Below are positions 10,601 through 19,313 of a DNA stretch of 64,000 nt, one piece after another. Each line of letters begins with the position of its first letter. Positions within the stretch are counted from its first letter, which is position 1. The notes beneath the pieces were generated by a model that saw only the letters and a program-made list of their open reading frames with translations, was not told the DNA's origin and did no database searches. The DNA is from Candidatus Eiseniibacteriota bacterium (GTDB lineage Bacteria > Eisenbacteria > RBG-16-71-46): contig JBGAML010000015.1 of the NCBI GenBank assembly GCA_044223005.1, positions 56,385-120,384 of the forward strand, given 5' to 3'. Position numbers and translations under genes: made by a program.

Positions 10601-10843
10601 GGCAAGGGCAACGCCAAGGACGAGAACCGTCCGGTGCGCGACGGCGAGATCCAGACCGCGTGCGCGCAGTCCTGTCCGGCCCAGGCGATCACGTTCGGTG
10701 ACCTCGCCGATCCCGAGAGCGCGGTGCACCAGAAGAGCTACGGCGAGCGCAAGTACTGGGTGCTCGAGGAGCTCAACACGCGTCCGGGCGTCACCTACCT
10801 GCAGAAGGTCCAGCGTGACGAACCGGCGGAGGGCCGCTCGTGA
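7691..10843 (+). CDS. actB: ACIII subunit ActB (molybdopterin-oxidoreductase-like domain fused to Fe-S domain)
   Basis: Tat signal SRRDFLK with lipobox AAGC, IKLEGNP, ANRPWLQELPD, and C-terminal CTGCAACVVAC, CQHC..APC, NRCVGTRYCSNNCPYK, EKCTMC. Confidence 0.92.
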   Translation: MSDSVIFSRRDFLKLVGVGVAGTAAGCAKPPAEKLVPYLIAPEDILPGVPYFYASTCRECPVGCGLIARSREGRAIKLEGNPQHPIGGGGLCARGHAGLQGLYDPDRLRAPQVKTGSAFKDAGWDETVAALGAKLAAAKGKVLLLTGHETGAQRALWTELATALGGRHVMWEPFAYEAVRAANQKTFGIAAVPRYDFAAARCVITFGADFLETFGSPVAQANGFAAMRAKHDDGAGHFIAVTPRLGLTAANADEWVAVPAGGEMAVALGLAHVILAENLGTPNGDRGALAAAVAAWTPEAVEKQTGVAVADLQRVARRFAKNAAGLAVAGGIATQGTQATALVAAVNLLNAAAGVVGRTVVFDRTMDFEGVASFAAMTDLVKEMSAGAFDAVIVHGTNPAYALPKAVGFADAFAKIGTKVSLAGALDETAALCDAILPSQHALESFGDSQPARGVYSLVQPAMRALPMFDSRPTGEALLALGRAAGAGAAWPATWLDWLKQSWKPLHARFGQGRDFDNFFTDALKAGGVWETVAATPVRWLGAPEFVADARAGDGGFALLVAPSNNFYDGRGANRPWLQELPDMTSKAVWGSWAEIHPDTAKALGVANGDAVKIETPAGSVEVPAYVYAGIRKDAVALALGQGHTAYGRYATDRGVNAVALVPAATDAASGALAYQGANAKLSRGSKAAALYLEQGEKDQHDRHIAQIIPISALMAGNGAVPEGVAHGDVVEHKAHKEDFDGHYPAGEGALYPTPMMTTPGKHTEPLARPKDAKTPSHAISAFESELKVRGPKADPVDVGSYANATHRWAMAIDLNRCTGCAACVVACASENNIPVVGPELVNKGREMTWIRIDRFENELKPGRNDVRFIPMMCQHCGSAPCEMVCPVYATYHNPEGLNAQVYNRCVGTRYCSNNCPYKARAFNFFDYSAPEKTTFAFPEPLNWQLNPDVTVRSKGVMEKCTMCVQRILEGKGNAKDENRPVRDGEIQTACAQSCPAQAITFGDLADPESAVHQKSYGERKYWVLEELNTRPGVTYLQKVQRDEPAEGRS

Positions 10844-12216
10844 GCACGACGATGCCGACCGATCTCACGCGCGACGGCGTGAACGACGTGCCGGATCGCC
10901 CGGTCACCCAGCGATCGCTCAACGACGACGTCATGAGCATGGTCGCGATCCCCGGGAAGATCTGGTGGGCGCTCTTCCTCTTCGACCTGCTCGTTCTCGG
11001 CGCCGCGCTGGCCGCGGTCCGCAACCTGATCGTGCACGGCTGGGGCGTCTCCGGCTTCCAGCGCCCGGTCATGTGGGCGGTCGACATCACGAACTTCGTG
11101 TTCTGGGTCGGCATCGCGCACTGCGGCACGCTGGTCTCGGCCGTGCTGTTCCTCTTCCGTTCGCACTTCCGGCGCGCGGTCTACCGCATCGCGGAAGCGA
11201 TGACGGTGTTCGGCGTGCTGACCGCGGCCATGTTCCCCGCGATCCACACCGGCCGCCCGTGGTTCGACTACTGGCTGTTCCCGTACCCGAACCAGCGCCA
11301 GCTCTGGACCAACATCCGCTCGCCGCTCGAGTGGGACGTGTTCGCCGTGAACACGTACCTGACCGTGTCGAGCATCTTCTTCCTGGTCGGCCTGATCCCC
11401 GACGTCGCGGCCGCGCGTGATCGCGCGAAGCACCCGCTGCTCAAGCTGGTGTACACGCTGCTGGCGTTCGGTTGGACCGGCGCGAACTACCAGTGGAAGC
11501 ACTTCTACGGCGCATACCTGTTCTTCGCCGCGCTGGCGACGCCGCTGGTCTTCTCGGTGCATAGCGTCGTGTCGTGGGACTTCGCGATGGCGCAGCTGCC
11601 CGGCTGGCACTCGACGCTCTTCGCCCCGTACTTCGTCGCCGGCGCGATCTTCTCGGGCGTCGGCATGGTGATCTTCCTGCTGATCATCATTCGCAAGGGC
11701 TTCGGCCTCCAGCACCTGGTCACGATCGACCACATGGAGAAGCTCTCCAAGCTGGTGCTCCTGACCTCGACGATGGTCGGCTACTCGTACCTGACCGAGT
11801 TCTTCATGGCCTGGTACGGACCGAACCGGGCCGAGAGCGACCTGTTCTGGTTCCGCGCCACCGGGCACTACTGGTGGGCGTTCTGGATCATGTTCAGCTG
11901 CAACGTGATCTTCCCGCTCTCGCTGTGGTTCAAGCCGGTGCGGCGGAACATGACCGCGCTGTTCGTGCTGTCGATCCTGGTCAACATCGGCATGTGGTTC
12001 GAGCGTTTCGTGATCATCGTCACGTCGCTCACGCGGTCGTTCAACCCGGCGACGTGGTTCTACTACCGCATCTCGCTGAGCGAGATCATGCTCATCGTGG
12101 GTTCGTTCGCCTGGTTCTTCATGTTCTTCCTCGTCTTCGTGCGGGTCCTGCCGGCGTTCTCGATCGCCGAGATCAAGGAAACGCTCCCGATGCCGAAGAG
12201 GAGGGCGCACTCGTGA
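10840..12216 (+). CDS. actC: ACIII NrfD/PsrC-type quinol-binding membrane subunit ActC
   Basis: ITNFVFWVGIAHCGTLVSA, AEAMT, HTGRPW, SPLEWDVFA, VHSVVSWDFA, WHST, GMWFERF. Confidence 0.93.
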   Translation: MSTTMPTDLTRDGVNDVPDRPVTQRSLNDDVMSMVAIPGKIWWALFLFDLLVLGAALAAVRNLIVHGWGVSGFQRPVMWAVDITNFVFWVGIAHCGTLVSAVLFLFRSHFRRAVYRIAEAMTVFGVLTAAMFPAIHTGRPWFDYWLFPYPNQRQLWTNIRSPLEWDVFAVNTYLTVSSIFFLVGLIPDVAAARDRAKHPLLKLVYTLLAFGWTGANYQWKHFYGAYLFFAALATPLVFSVHSVVSWDFAMAQLPGWHSTLFAPYFVAGAIFSGVGMVIFLLIIIRKGFGLQHLVTIDHMEKLSKLVLLTSTMVGYSYLTEFFMAWYGPNRAESDLFWFRATGHYWWAFWIMFSCNVIFPLSLWFKPVRRNMTALFVLSILVNIGMWFERFVIIVTSLTRSFNPATWFYYRISLSEIMLIVGSFAWFFMFFLVFVRVLPAFSIAEIKETLPMPKRRAHS

Positions 12217-12761
12217 TCCAGAAGCTCCTCGACGGCATCCTCAATCCCGTGCCGCCGAAGTTCCACGGCGTGATGGGGATCTGGTACTACGTGGACGACG
12301 CGGCCGAGGTGGTGACCGCGCTGCGCCAGGCCGGGTACAAGAACCTCAACGTCTTCTCGCCCGTGCCGCACCACGAAATCGAGCACGCGATGGAGCAGGG
12401 GCCCTCGCTCGTGCGCTGGGTGACCGCCGTCGGCGGCTTCCTCGGCGCGACCGGCGGCTTCGCGCTCTGCTTCTACTCGATCGCCTCGTGGCCGCTCGTG
12501 ATCGGCGGCAAGGAGCTGTTCTCGGTGCCGCCGATGACCGTGATCGGATACGAATCGATGATCCTGATCGCCGGCCTGTCCAACCTGCTCGGCATGCTCG
12601 CGCTCGCGCGGCTGCCGCAGCTCAAGCCCGTCGCGCCCTACGATCCGCGCTTCCAGGAAGACCGGATCGGCATCTGGGTGCCCTGCGACGCGGCGACGGC
12701 GGCCAAGGTCGAGTCCATCATGAAGGGCCACCAGGCCGAGGAGGTGCACGTCCATGCTTAG
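12213..12761 (+). CDS. actD: ACIII subunit ActD (DUF3341)
   Basis: FSPVPHH, WPLVIGGK, two TM helices, YDPRF. GTG start overlaps the actC stop. Confidence 0.85.
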   Translation: MIQKLLDGILNPVPPKFHGVMGIWYYVDDAAEVVTALRQAGYKNLNVFSPVPHHEIEHAMEQGPSLVRWVTAVGGFLGATGGFALCFYSIASWPLVIGGKELFSVPPMTVIGYESMILIAGLSNLLGMLALARLPQLKPVAPYDPRFQEDRIGIWVPCDAATAAKVESIMKGHQAEEVHVHA

Positions 12762-13320
12762 GACGAAACTCCTGCTCGGCGTGATCGCGCTCTGGTCGGT
12801 GTCCTTCCAGCAGGGTTGCCAGGACGTGACCAAGTCGCTGACCCACTGGACCTACTACCCGATCCGCGACATGCGCCAGACGGTCGCGATCGACCCCCAG
12901 CGCGGCGACCCGACTCATCCCAAATGGATCGCGTTCCGCGGCCCGGACTCGCTGGCGGTGCCTACCATGGACGTCGACCGCTGGATGAGCGACGCGCCCT
13001 ACGACATGGCGGGGAAGATGATGGTGGCGCCGCAGACGCTGATGGACTCGGCGGTCGTGCGTGGCGACACGCTCTTCCACACGTTCTGCTGGACCTGCCA
13101 CGGCATGAAGATGGCCGGTGACGGCCCCGTCGCCGCCACGTTCATGCCGCCGCCCGACCTGCTCGCCGAGGCGACGCGCAACCGCACCGACGGGTACATC
13201 TTCATGTACATGCGTCACGGAGGCGTGGTCATGCCGTCCTACGGCAATGCCGTCTCCGCGAAGGACGCGTGGGACATCGTCCACTACATCCGGTACATGC
13301 AGAAGGTCAGCCCGCGATGA
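12754..13320 (+). CDS. actE: ACIII monoheme cytochrome c lipoprotein ActE
   Basis: QQGC lipobox-like site, CWTCHG, MPSYG...AWDIVHYIR; position in the operon. Confidence 0.85.
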   Translation: MLRTKLLLGVIALWSVSFQQGCQDVTKSLTHWTYYPIRDMRQTVAIDPQRGDPTHPKWIAFRGPDSLAVPTMDVDRWMSDAPYDMAGKMMVAPQTLMDSAVVRGDTLFHTFCWTCHGMKMAGDGPVAATFMPPPDLLAEATRNRTDGYIFMYMRHGGVVMPSYGNAVSAKDAWDIVHYIRYMQKVSPR

Positions 13321-14573
13321 GCCACGAGGCCGCACTCCGCGACATCGCCGGCAAGTTGCCGGTCCGCCGCAACGGGCGCATGCAGGCGATCTGGTTCGTC
13401 TGCATGGCGATCGGCATCGCCGCGTTCGCCTATCTCTACTTCACGAACCCGCTGCGCGCCTGGGGCTCGTGGGCGATCAATACGCTCTACTTCCTCGGGA
13501 TCGCCGAGGGCGCGATCGCCCTCGCCGCCGCCATCCGGCTCGCCAACGGCCGCTGGGGCGGGCCCATCATGCGCATCGCCGAGGCGCTGTCCGCCTACCT
13601 GCCCTACGGCGTCGCGACGCTCTTCGTGCTGCTCGCGGTGGGCTCGTGGACCTACCTGCCCTGGATCCATCACACCGAGCCGCGCCAGGCGCCGTTCCTC
13701 AACGTGCCGTTCCTCTGGGTCCGCACGTTGGGCGGCCAGTTGCTCTTCCTGTTCCTCGCGCAGAAGCTCGCGCGCGTCTCGCTGCGGCAGGACGCCAAGC
13801 TGCTCGAGCCCTACGTGCCCGATGCGCTCAAGGCCAGCTATGCGAAGCTGACCGCCGGCTGGAAGGGCGAGCAGGCCGAGCGTGACGCGTACCGTCACGA
13901 GTCCGCGCACCTCGCGCCGCAGATCGCGCTGGCCTTCACGATCTTCTTCACGGTGCTGGCGTGGGACTTCGTGATGGCGCTGACGCCCAACTGGGTGAGT
14001 GGTCTGTTCGGCTGGTGGTTCTGGGCCGCGGCGTTCATCACCGGCGTCGCCATGGTGGCGCTGATCGCGACGCACGTGCGCGAGAAGTACCAGCTGCAGG
14101 CCTACATCACGACGAACATGTTCTGGGACATCGGCAAGATCCTGTTCGCGTGGTGCGTCTTCTGGGGCTACCTCTTCTGGTCGCAGTACCTGCCGATCTG
14201 GTACGCGAACATGCCCGAGGAAACCTGGTGGGTGTTCATCCGATTCGAGGAGCCCTGGCGCGGCCTCTCGTTCCTGGTGTTCACGCTGATCTTCGTGATC
14301 CCGTTCCTCGGCATGCTGAACAAGACCTCGAAGACCAACCCGATGCTGCTCGCGACCTTCTCGGTGATCGCGATGATCGGCGTCTGGCTCGAGCGGCACG
14401 TGCTGGTGATGCCGTCGCTCAACGCCGAGACCATGTGGTTCGGGCTGCCCGAGGTGGGCGTGATGCTCGGCTTCCTCGGCCTCTTCGGCTGGTCCGTGCA
14501 GGGGTTCCTGTCGCGCTACCCGATCGTGCGTGTCGTGGACGTGTTAGAGAATGCCGGCGGGCACGGGCACTGA
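13317..14573 (+). CDS. actF: ACIII membrane subunit ActF
   Basis: Polytopic protein with PFLNVPF, WDFVMALTPNWVS, SQYLPIWYANMPEET. Confidence 0.88.
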   Translation: MSHEAALRDIAGKLPVRRNGRMQAIWFVCMAIGIAAFAYLYFTNPLRAWGSWAINTLYFLGIAEGAIALAAAIRLANGRWGGPIMRIAEALSAYLPYGVATLFVLLAVGSWTYLPWIHHTEPRQAPFLNVPFLWVRTLGGQLLFLFLAQKLARVSLRQDAKLLEPYVPDALKASYAKLTAGWKGEQAERDAYRHESAHLAPQIALAFTIFFTVLAWDFVMALTPNWVSGLFGWWFWAAAFITGVAMVALIATHVREKYQLQAYITTNMFWDIGKILFAWCVFWGYLFWSQYLPIWYANMPEETWWVFIRFEEPWRGLSFLVFTLIFVIPFLGMLNKTSKTNPMLLATFSVIAMIGVWLERHVLVMPSLNAETMWFGLPEVGVMLGFLGLFGWSVQGFLSRYPIVRVVDVLENAGGHGH

Positions 14574-14661
14574 CGCCCCTCACCGGCGCCGACGCCCGGG
14601 TCCTCCACGCGAGGGCCTGGGCGTCGCGTTTGGGGGCGGCCCGTCGTCCGAGGCAGGCGGT

Positions 14662-14748
14662 GCCGGGATGGCGAAACTGGCAGACGCAGCGGACTTAAAA
14701 TCCGCTGGGCGCAAGCCCGTGCAGGTTCGATCCCTGCTCCCGGCACCA
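14662..14748 (+). tRNA. tRNA-Leu (anticodon TAA)
   Basis: GCCGGGA/TCCCGGC acceptor stem with ACCA end, D-arm GGCGAAACTGGCAGACGC, anticodon arm GCGGA-CTTAAAA-TCCGC, long variable arm, GGTTCGATCCC T-loop. Confidence 0.96.
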
Positions 14749-15078
14749 AGGCCCCGACATCAGCCAGCGCGGCGCGGCAGCACCCGTGGTCGAGAGGGAG
14801 CGTTCCCATTCCCTGGACCACCGGTCGTCACGGGAGCTCGGGCGCAATCGGGTGAGCTTCGGGTCTCATCATCGCTCGGACCCTGCCGCCCACGTCCCCA
14901 GTGCCCGGACTCCCGGGCGGCGACGAGGCAGACCGAAGTTCACTCCATCACGCCGGTGTCCCTTTCACGAGCAGTGGTCCGAGGATCGGGGACATTCCAG
15001 AGCCGGCTCAATCTGCTCGATCCGTGACTTGCTGGCGGCGAGGGCGGAGCCGCGGGCCGAGGCGAGCGGGTGGACCGG

Positions 15079-15483
15079 CTAGGGGCGGCGGAAGACCAGC
15101 GCGTTGAACAGCGCTCGCAACACCGTTCCCACGAACATCGCCGGAAGCGCCGTGGCCCACAGGACCAGGGCGAGCGTCAGCATTCCGCGGGCCGCGGTCA
15201 TCTCGGGATGCTCGCGCTCGAAGTCTCCGTAGCGACGGTGCCAGAGCCACATTCGCACCGGAATCGCGACGAGCATCACGGCGACGCCGGCGGCGACGAA
15301 GATCCCCAGGACGGTCATCGCCACGAAAGACAAGAGCAGGCAGGCGCCGATGAGCCAGAATCCCAACTGCCGCGTCAGGTGGGCTTCGTACGAGGCCACC
15401 GAGCGCTGCTCGTCGAGATCGCTCCAGACGACGTGCCTGGGAGCTTCTGTCACGTTCTTCCCCCCGTTCGAGTCGTCGAGCAT
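15079..15483 (-). CDS. Hypothetical membrane protein (about 3 TM)
   Basis: 134 aa with hydrophobic segments; starts 3 nt after the stop of the upstream gene. Confidence 0.55.
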   Translation of the reverse strand: MLDDSNGGKNVTEAPRHVVWSDLDEQRSVASYEAHLTRQLGFWLIGACLLLSFVAMTVLGIFVAAGVAVMLVAIPVRMWLWHRRYGDFEREHPEMTAARGMLTLALVLWATALPAMFVGTVLRALFNALVFRRP

Positions 15484-15486
15484 TGC

Positions 15487-16797
15487 TCACTCCGCCACGG
15501 CGATCCTCAGCGTGCGCGTGCCGAGCGGCGTGGCGAGGCGCGCGAAGTAGACGCCGTTGGCGACGCCCGCGCCGGAGTCGGCGCGGCCGTTCCATTCGGC
15601 GAACGAATCGCCCGCGGGCATCGCTCCCGACCGCACGGCGGCGACGCGGCGGCCGGCGAGGTCGAAGAGCTCGAGCCGGCCCGTGGTCGCGGCGGGGACG
15701 TGCATCCGGAACGCGACGTGCCGGCCCGCGCCGGGGCGCCCGAGCGCGCCCAGTTCCACCGCGCCCCGTGCGGCCGGGCGCGGCGCGGCGAGCACGACCG
15801 GGTCGGCGAGCGTGAAGTCCGTCGCGGGTACCGCCCAGTGGATCTCCTGGATGCCGATCGTGAGATCGGTGCCGTCCACGTAGGCGAGGAAGTCCTGGCC
15901 GTTCACCGACAGCACCTCGGGGCCGAACCACTGGTCGCTCAGCGAGTCCTGGCCGACGTTGTCGAACAGGCGATAGGTGCCGCTCCAGAGCGTGGAGTCG
16001 GCGGTCGGGTCAGGTGTCGTGCGGTAGCGGATCGTGTGCGTCGAGTTCGTGGTCATGAACATGAACCACTGGTCCTCGTGCTCGAGCAGCACGGGCGATT
16101 CGCTCCAGCCCCAGAAGTGCGCCTCGTCGGTGCACCAGAGCGGCATGAGGTCGGTCCACGGTGCGAGTCCGCCGTCGTTGCGGGCGACGGCGGCGATCAG
16201 CTGGCCGCGTGCCTCGGCGGGCGTGGTGACGTAGTACATGAGCCAGCGGGTGGTGTCGGCCGGATCCGGCATCACGAACGCGTCGCGGAACTGGCAGCCG
16301 TCGAACTCGGACGAGTCCGAGTACGCCCACGGCACCTGCGCGCCCGAGAACACGGGCTCGGGATAGCGCGTCCAGTTGACCAGGTCGGTCGACGTCGCGA
16401 CCCCGATCCGCTGGAACCACTGCCAGCCGTACGGCACGTTCTTCACGCCGGTGTAGAACATGTACCAGGTGCCGTCGCGGTAGATCAGGCTGGGCGACCA
16501 GACGTGGTCGCTGTCCCATTCGCCGGGGCGCACCGCGAGCAGCGTGTCGAGCTCGGTCCACGTGTGCAGGTCGGTCGAGACCGCGTGCCCGAAGCTCGTG
16601 AGGTTCACCTCGGCCGTCGAGTCGGGGAAGAGTCGCATGTAGAAGAGGTGGAACACGCCGTCCGCGTGGACGAACGCGAACTCCTTGGCGTGCGCCGGCG
16701 CGGGTGGAACGTACACCGCGCCCGTGGCGCGCAGCGCCGCCAGCACGAGCCCGGCGAGGAGGGCGAGCGTCGCGATGCGGGTCCGGGGTCGAGTCAT
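15487..16797 (-). CDS. Secreted five-bladed beta-propeller glycoside hydrolase (GH32/GH43-like) with C-terminal FlgD-Ig/T9SS-like domain
   Basis: Signal peptide; FHLFY, FGHAVSTDL..W, VWSPS, FRDAFV (RDP-like), WSESP; C-terminal FDLAGRRV..WNGRADSG..VANGVYFARL. GGAGG RBS before ATG 16797. Confidence 0.75.
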   Translation of the reverse strand: MTRPRTRIATLALLAGLVLAALRATGAVYVPPAPAHAKEFAFVHADGVFHLFYMRLFPDSTAEVNLTSFGHAVSTDLHTWTELDTLLAVRPGEWDSDHVWSPSLIYRDGTWYMFYTGVKNVPYGWQWFQRIGVATSTDLVNWTRYPEPVFSGAQVPWAYSDSSEFDGCQFRDAFVMPDPADTTRWLMYYVTTPAEARGQLIAAVARNDGGLAPWTDLMPLWCTDEAHFWGWSESPVLLEHEDQWFMFMTTNSTHTIRYRTTPDPTADSTLWSGTYRLFDNVGQDSLSDQWFGPEVLSVNGQDFLAYVDGTDLTIGIQEIHWAVPATDFTLADPVVLAAPRPAARGAVELGALGRPGAGRHVAFRMHVPAATTGRLELFDLAGRRVAAVRSGAMPAGDSFAEWNGRADSGAGVANGVYFARLATPLGTRTLRIAVAE

Positions 16798-16977
16798 GTC
16801 GGCCTCCTGCCGCCCGTGAGGGGCGGCGCGCGGCTCCCGCCGCGCTCGTGTGCCCATCACTGTCCCACGCCCGGGCGGGGTGCGGAAGGGGGCAGGCCGG
16901 GGGGCGCGCTCGTGGTCGCCGGAATTGCAGGAGCCCGGCGACGTGGGTCGCCGGGCTCCGGTGCGGCCGGGTGCGGT

Positions 16978-17466
16978 CTACTTGCCCGCGTCGAGCTTGC
17001 GGAAGTAGTGGATGAGGCTCTGCGCTTCGTCCTGCGTGATGTTGAGCTTGAGCATCTGCAGGTTCTTGTTCTCGACCATGAGCCCGTGCGCGATCGGGTC
17101 CGTGCGCGTCATCACGTCCGGCTCCATGATCTGGTGCTGCATCCACAGCTCGGTGCGGCGCTCGGTGACGCCCTTGAGGTCCGGTCCCGTCAGCTTCTTG
17201 CCGTAGGCGTGGCACGCCATGCAGCCCTTGGTCGTGAAGAGCTTCTCGCCCGCGGCGGCCTTCGCGGCGTCGAACGCGACCGAGTTGGCGCGTGGGCCGT
17301 CGTCGTAGAGCGACTTGGCGAGCACCTGCGACGTGGCGGTGGCGGCCGTGTCGGAGGCGGCTGGCGTGGTGCTCGGGGTCGAGGACGTGGTCTCCTCCGA
17401 CTTGGGCGCACAGCTGGCGAGCACGACCACGAAGCAGAGCATCAGGAAGGCAGCGAGTCCCTTCAT
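16978..17466 (-). CDS. Monoheme cytochrome c lipoprotein
   Basis: Lipobox LASC, Thr/Ala-rich linker, CMACH, GPDLKGV..R, distal Met near the C-terminus. Confidence 0.85.
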   Translation of the reverse strand: MKGLAAFLMLCFVVVLASCAPKSEETTSSTPSTTPAASDTAATATSQVLAKSLYDDGPRANSVAFDAAKAAAGEKLFTTKGCMACHAYGKKLTGPDLKGVTERRTELWMQHQIMEPDVMTRTDPIAHGLMVENKNLQMLKLNITQDEAQSLIHYFRKLDAGK

Positions 17467-17703
17467 TCCAGTCTCCAGGGATGGTGGGTTCCGGCGTCGC
17501 CGCCGGAGGGCGGAGCCCGTGCGGCCACCCGCGGAGCGGGGGCGGGCCGTGAGCGGGCGCATTGTGCGACTTCGGCGGCGTCTTGTCTCCTGCCCGGTGC
17601 ACTCCGGACGGAGACTGCGATCCTCGCATCGGTCGTCGCCGCGGTCCAGCCGGCGCCGCACCGGGGAGCAATGCAATCGCACATCCGCTACGATCCCACC
17701 ACC

Positions 17704-18198
17704 ATGACGTGGTCTCCCGGGGCACCCGATTCGCCGGTCGTGCGCGTCGCCACGCCCGCGGATTCGCTCACGCTCACGCGGCTGCGCGCGGCGCTCTTCG
17801 ACGAGCTGCGCATGGGCGCCGGTGCCGAGGGCGCGCAGGCGTTCGAGCGTGCGTGCGCGCCGCTCGTGGACGAGCTGATCGGGCAGGGGCGTGCGTTCGC
17901 CTGGCTGGCCGAAACGCCTGCGGGCGCGACCGTCGCGACGGTGACGCTGCTCGTCTATCCACGGCTGCCCACGCCGCAGGACCTGCGCGCGGCGGAGGGC
18001 TACCTGATCGGCGTCTGGACGGCGCCCGAGTGGCGCCGGCGCGGCATCGGCCGCGCGCTCGTGGCGGAGGCCATCGCCCGCGCACGCGCCCTGGGACTCG
18101 CGCGCGTGCGGCTGCACGCCACGGAGGACGGCCGCCCGCTCTACAGCTCGCTCGGGTTCGCGCCCAAGCCGAGCGCCATGGAACTGCGGCTCGACTGA
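17704..18198 (+). CDS. GNAT family N-acetyltransferase
   Basis: VWTAPEWRRRGIGRAL and LHATEDGRPLYSSLGF motifs. Start uncertain (17671 or 17704). Confidence 0.85.
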   Translation: MTWSPGAPDSPVVRVATPADSLTLTRLRAALFDELRMGAGAEGAQAFERACAPLVDELIGQGRAFAWLAETPAGATVATVTLLVYPRLPTPQDLRAAEGYLIGVWTAPEWRRRGIGRALVAEAIARARALGLARVRLHATEDGRPLYSSLGFAPKPSAMELRLD

Positions 18199-18217
18199 CG
18201 CCCGGCGCGCCTCGCGC

Positions 18218-19201
18218 TCAGCGCCAGGCCGCCTTGAGCGCGCCCCAGCTCGACGAGTGGTTCGCCGTCGCGAGATCCCCGAAAACCTGGATGCGATGGT
18301 TGTCGGTGTCGGCCACGTAGACGAACCCGCGCGCGTCGACCGCGATTCCGCTCGGATGGTTGAACTGGCCCGGCGCCGATCCCGGGCTGCCCCAGCTCGC
18401 GAGCAGCGCGCCGTTGGGTGAGTAGTGAATCACCCGGCAGTTCTTCCAGTCGGTGACGTACAGGTCGCCACGGGCGTCCGTGGCGATGCCGCCGAGAGGA
18501 GGGATCGGGACGTAGGACAGGGAAAAGAAGAAGAGAAAGTCCAGCTGCGTGTCGACATCGCCGCTCCGGCTGATGTGGCGGATCAGGCCGTTGAAGTTGT
18601 CGATCGCCACGATCTCGCCGGCCGATCCGCATGTGAGCAGCGTCGGTATGTAGTCGGGATATCCATTCCACTTCGGGACCCACTGCGAGAGCAGCCGCCC
18701 CTCGATCGTGTACTCCATCATCCATCCCAGCATGGGATCGGCCACGATCACGTGCGCATCGGGCATGACGGCGAGGCCCCGGGGGACGTAGAGCCACGTG
18801 GGCATCGGCCCCGTCTGCCCCCAGATGTGCTCGAACGTGCCGGTCGAGGTGAACGCCTGGACTTCGCGGCTGCCCTCGTCGAGGACGACCACGTCACCGC
18901 CCGGTGAGAGCCCGATCTGCGTAGGGGTGATGAACTGCCCGTCGAGCGCTCCGAGAGTTCCCCACTGCTGGAGGAAGTGCCCCTCGAGGTCGAAGCGCTG
19001 GATGCGGTGATTGCCCGAATCGCAGACGTACAGGTGGCCCTGGGCATCGACGGCGAGACCGCGCGGGCGCGCGAACTGCCCCGCTCCTGCTCCGGCAACG
19101 CCCCATTGGGCGACAAACACCGGGGCCTGCGCGTGAGCAAAGGCGACGAGCAGTACGCTCGCCGCCGCCATTCCGACCAGAATCCCGCCGACCCGGCGCA
19201 T
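18218..19201 (-). CDS. Secreted NHL-repeat beta-propeller protein with C-terminal SSWGALKAAWR tail
   Basis: Signal peptide (AHA); repeated WG..G..GQF..P.GIAVD..G.VYVADT.NHRIQ. Confidence 0.85.
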   Translation of the reverse strand: MRRVGGILVGMAAASVLLVAFAHAQAPVFVAQWGVAGAGAGQFARPRGLAVDAQGHLYVCDSGNHRIQRFDLEGHFLQQWGTLGALDGQFITPTQIGLSPGGDVVVLDEGSREVQAFTSTGTFEHIWGQTGPMPTWLYVPRGLAVMPDAHVIVADPMLGWMMEYTIEGRLLSQWVPKWNGYPDYIPTLLTCGSAGEIVAIDNFNGLIRHISRSGDVDTQLDFLFFFSLSYVPIPPLGGIATDARGDLYVTDWKNCRVIHYSPNGALLASWGSPGSAPGQFNHPSGIAVDARGFVYVADTDNHRIQVFGDLATANHSSSWGALKAAWR

Positions 19202-19313
19202 GATGTCATGCCTCCCTGCGGTTCGTGCCTTCCCGCGTCCCCCGATGCGCCGAGGGGCACGTACGTTCATTCGGTGCGGCCCCGAGCCGCTCGGGCCCGA
19301 CCGCTCCTCGCGT

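Noticed and set aside
7691..12216. Polysulfide or nitrate reductase operon
   Set aside because: Pentaheme cytochrome, fused ActB, DUF3341, monoheme and ActF genes in this order identify alternative complex III.
14760..15070. Small ORFs or ncRNA downstream of the tRNA
   Set aside because: No RBS, recognisable motif or convincing structure; it could be decayed sequence but I cannot support a call.
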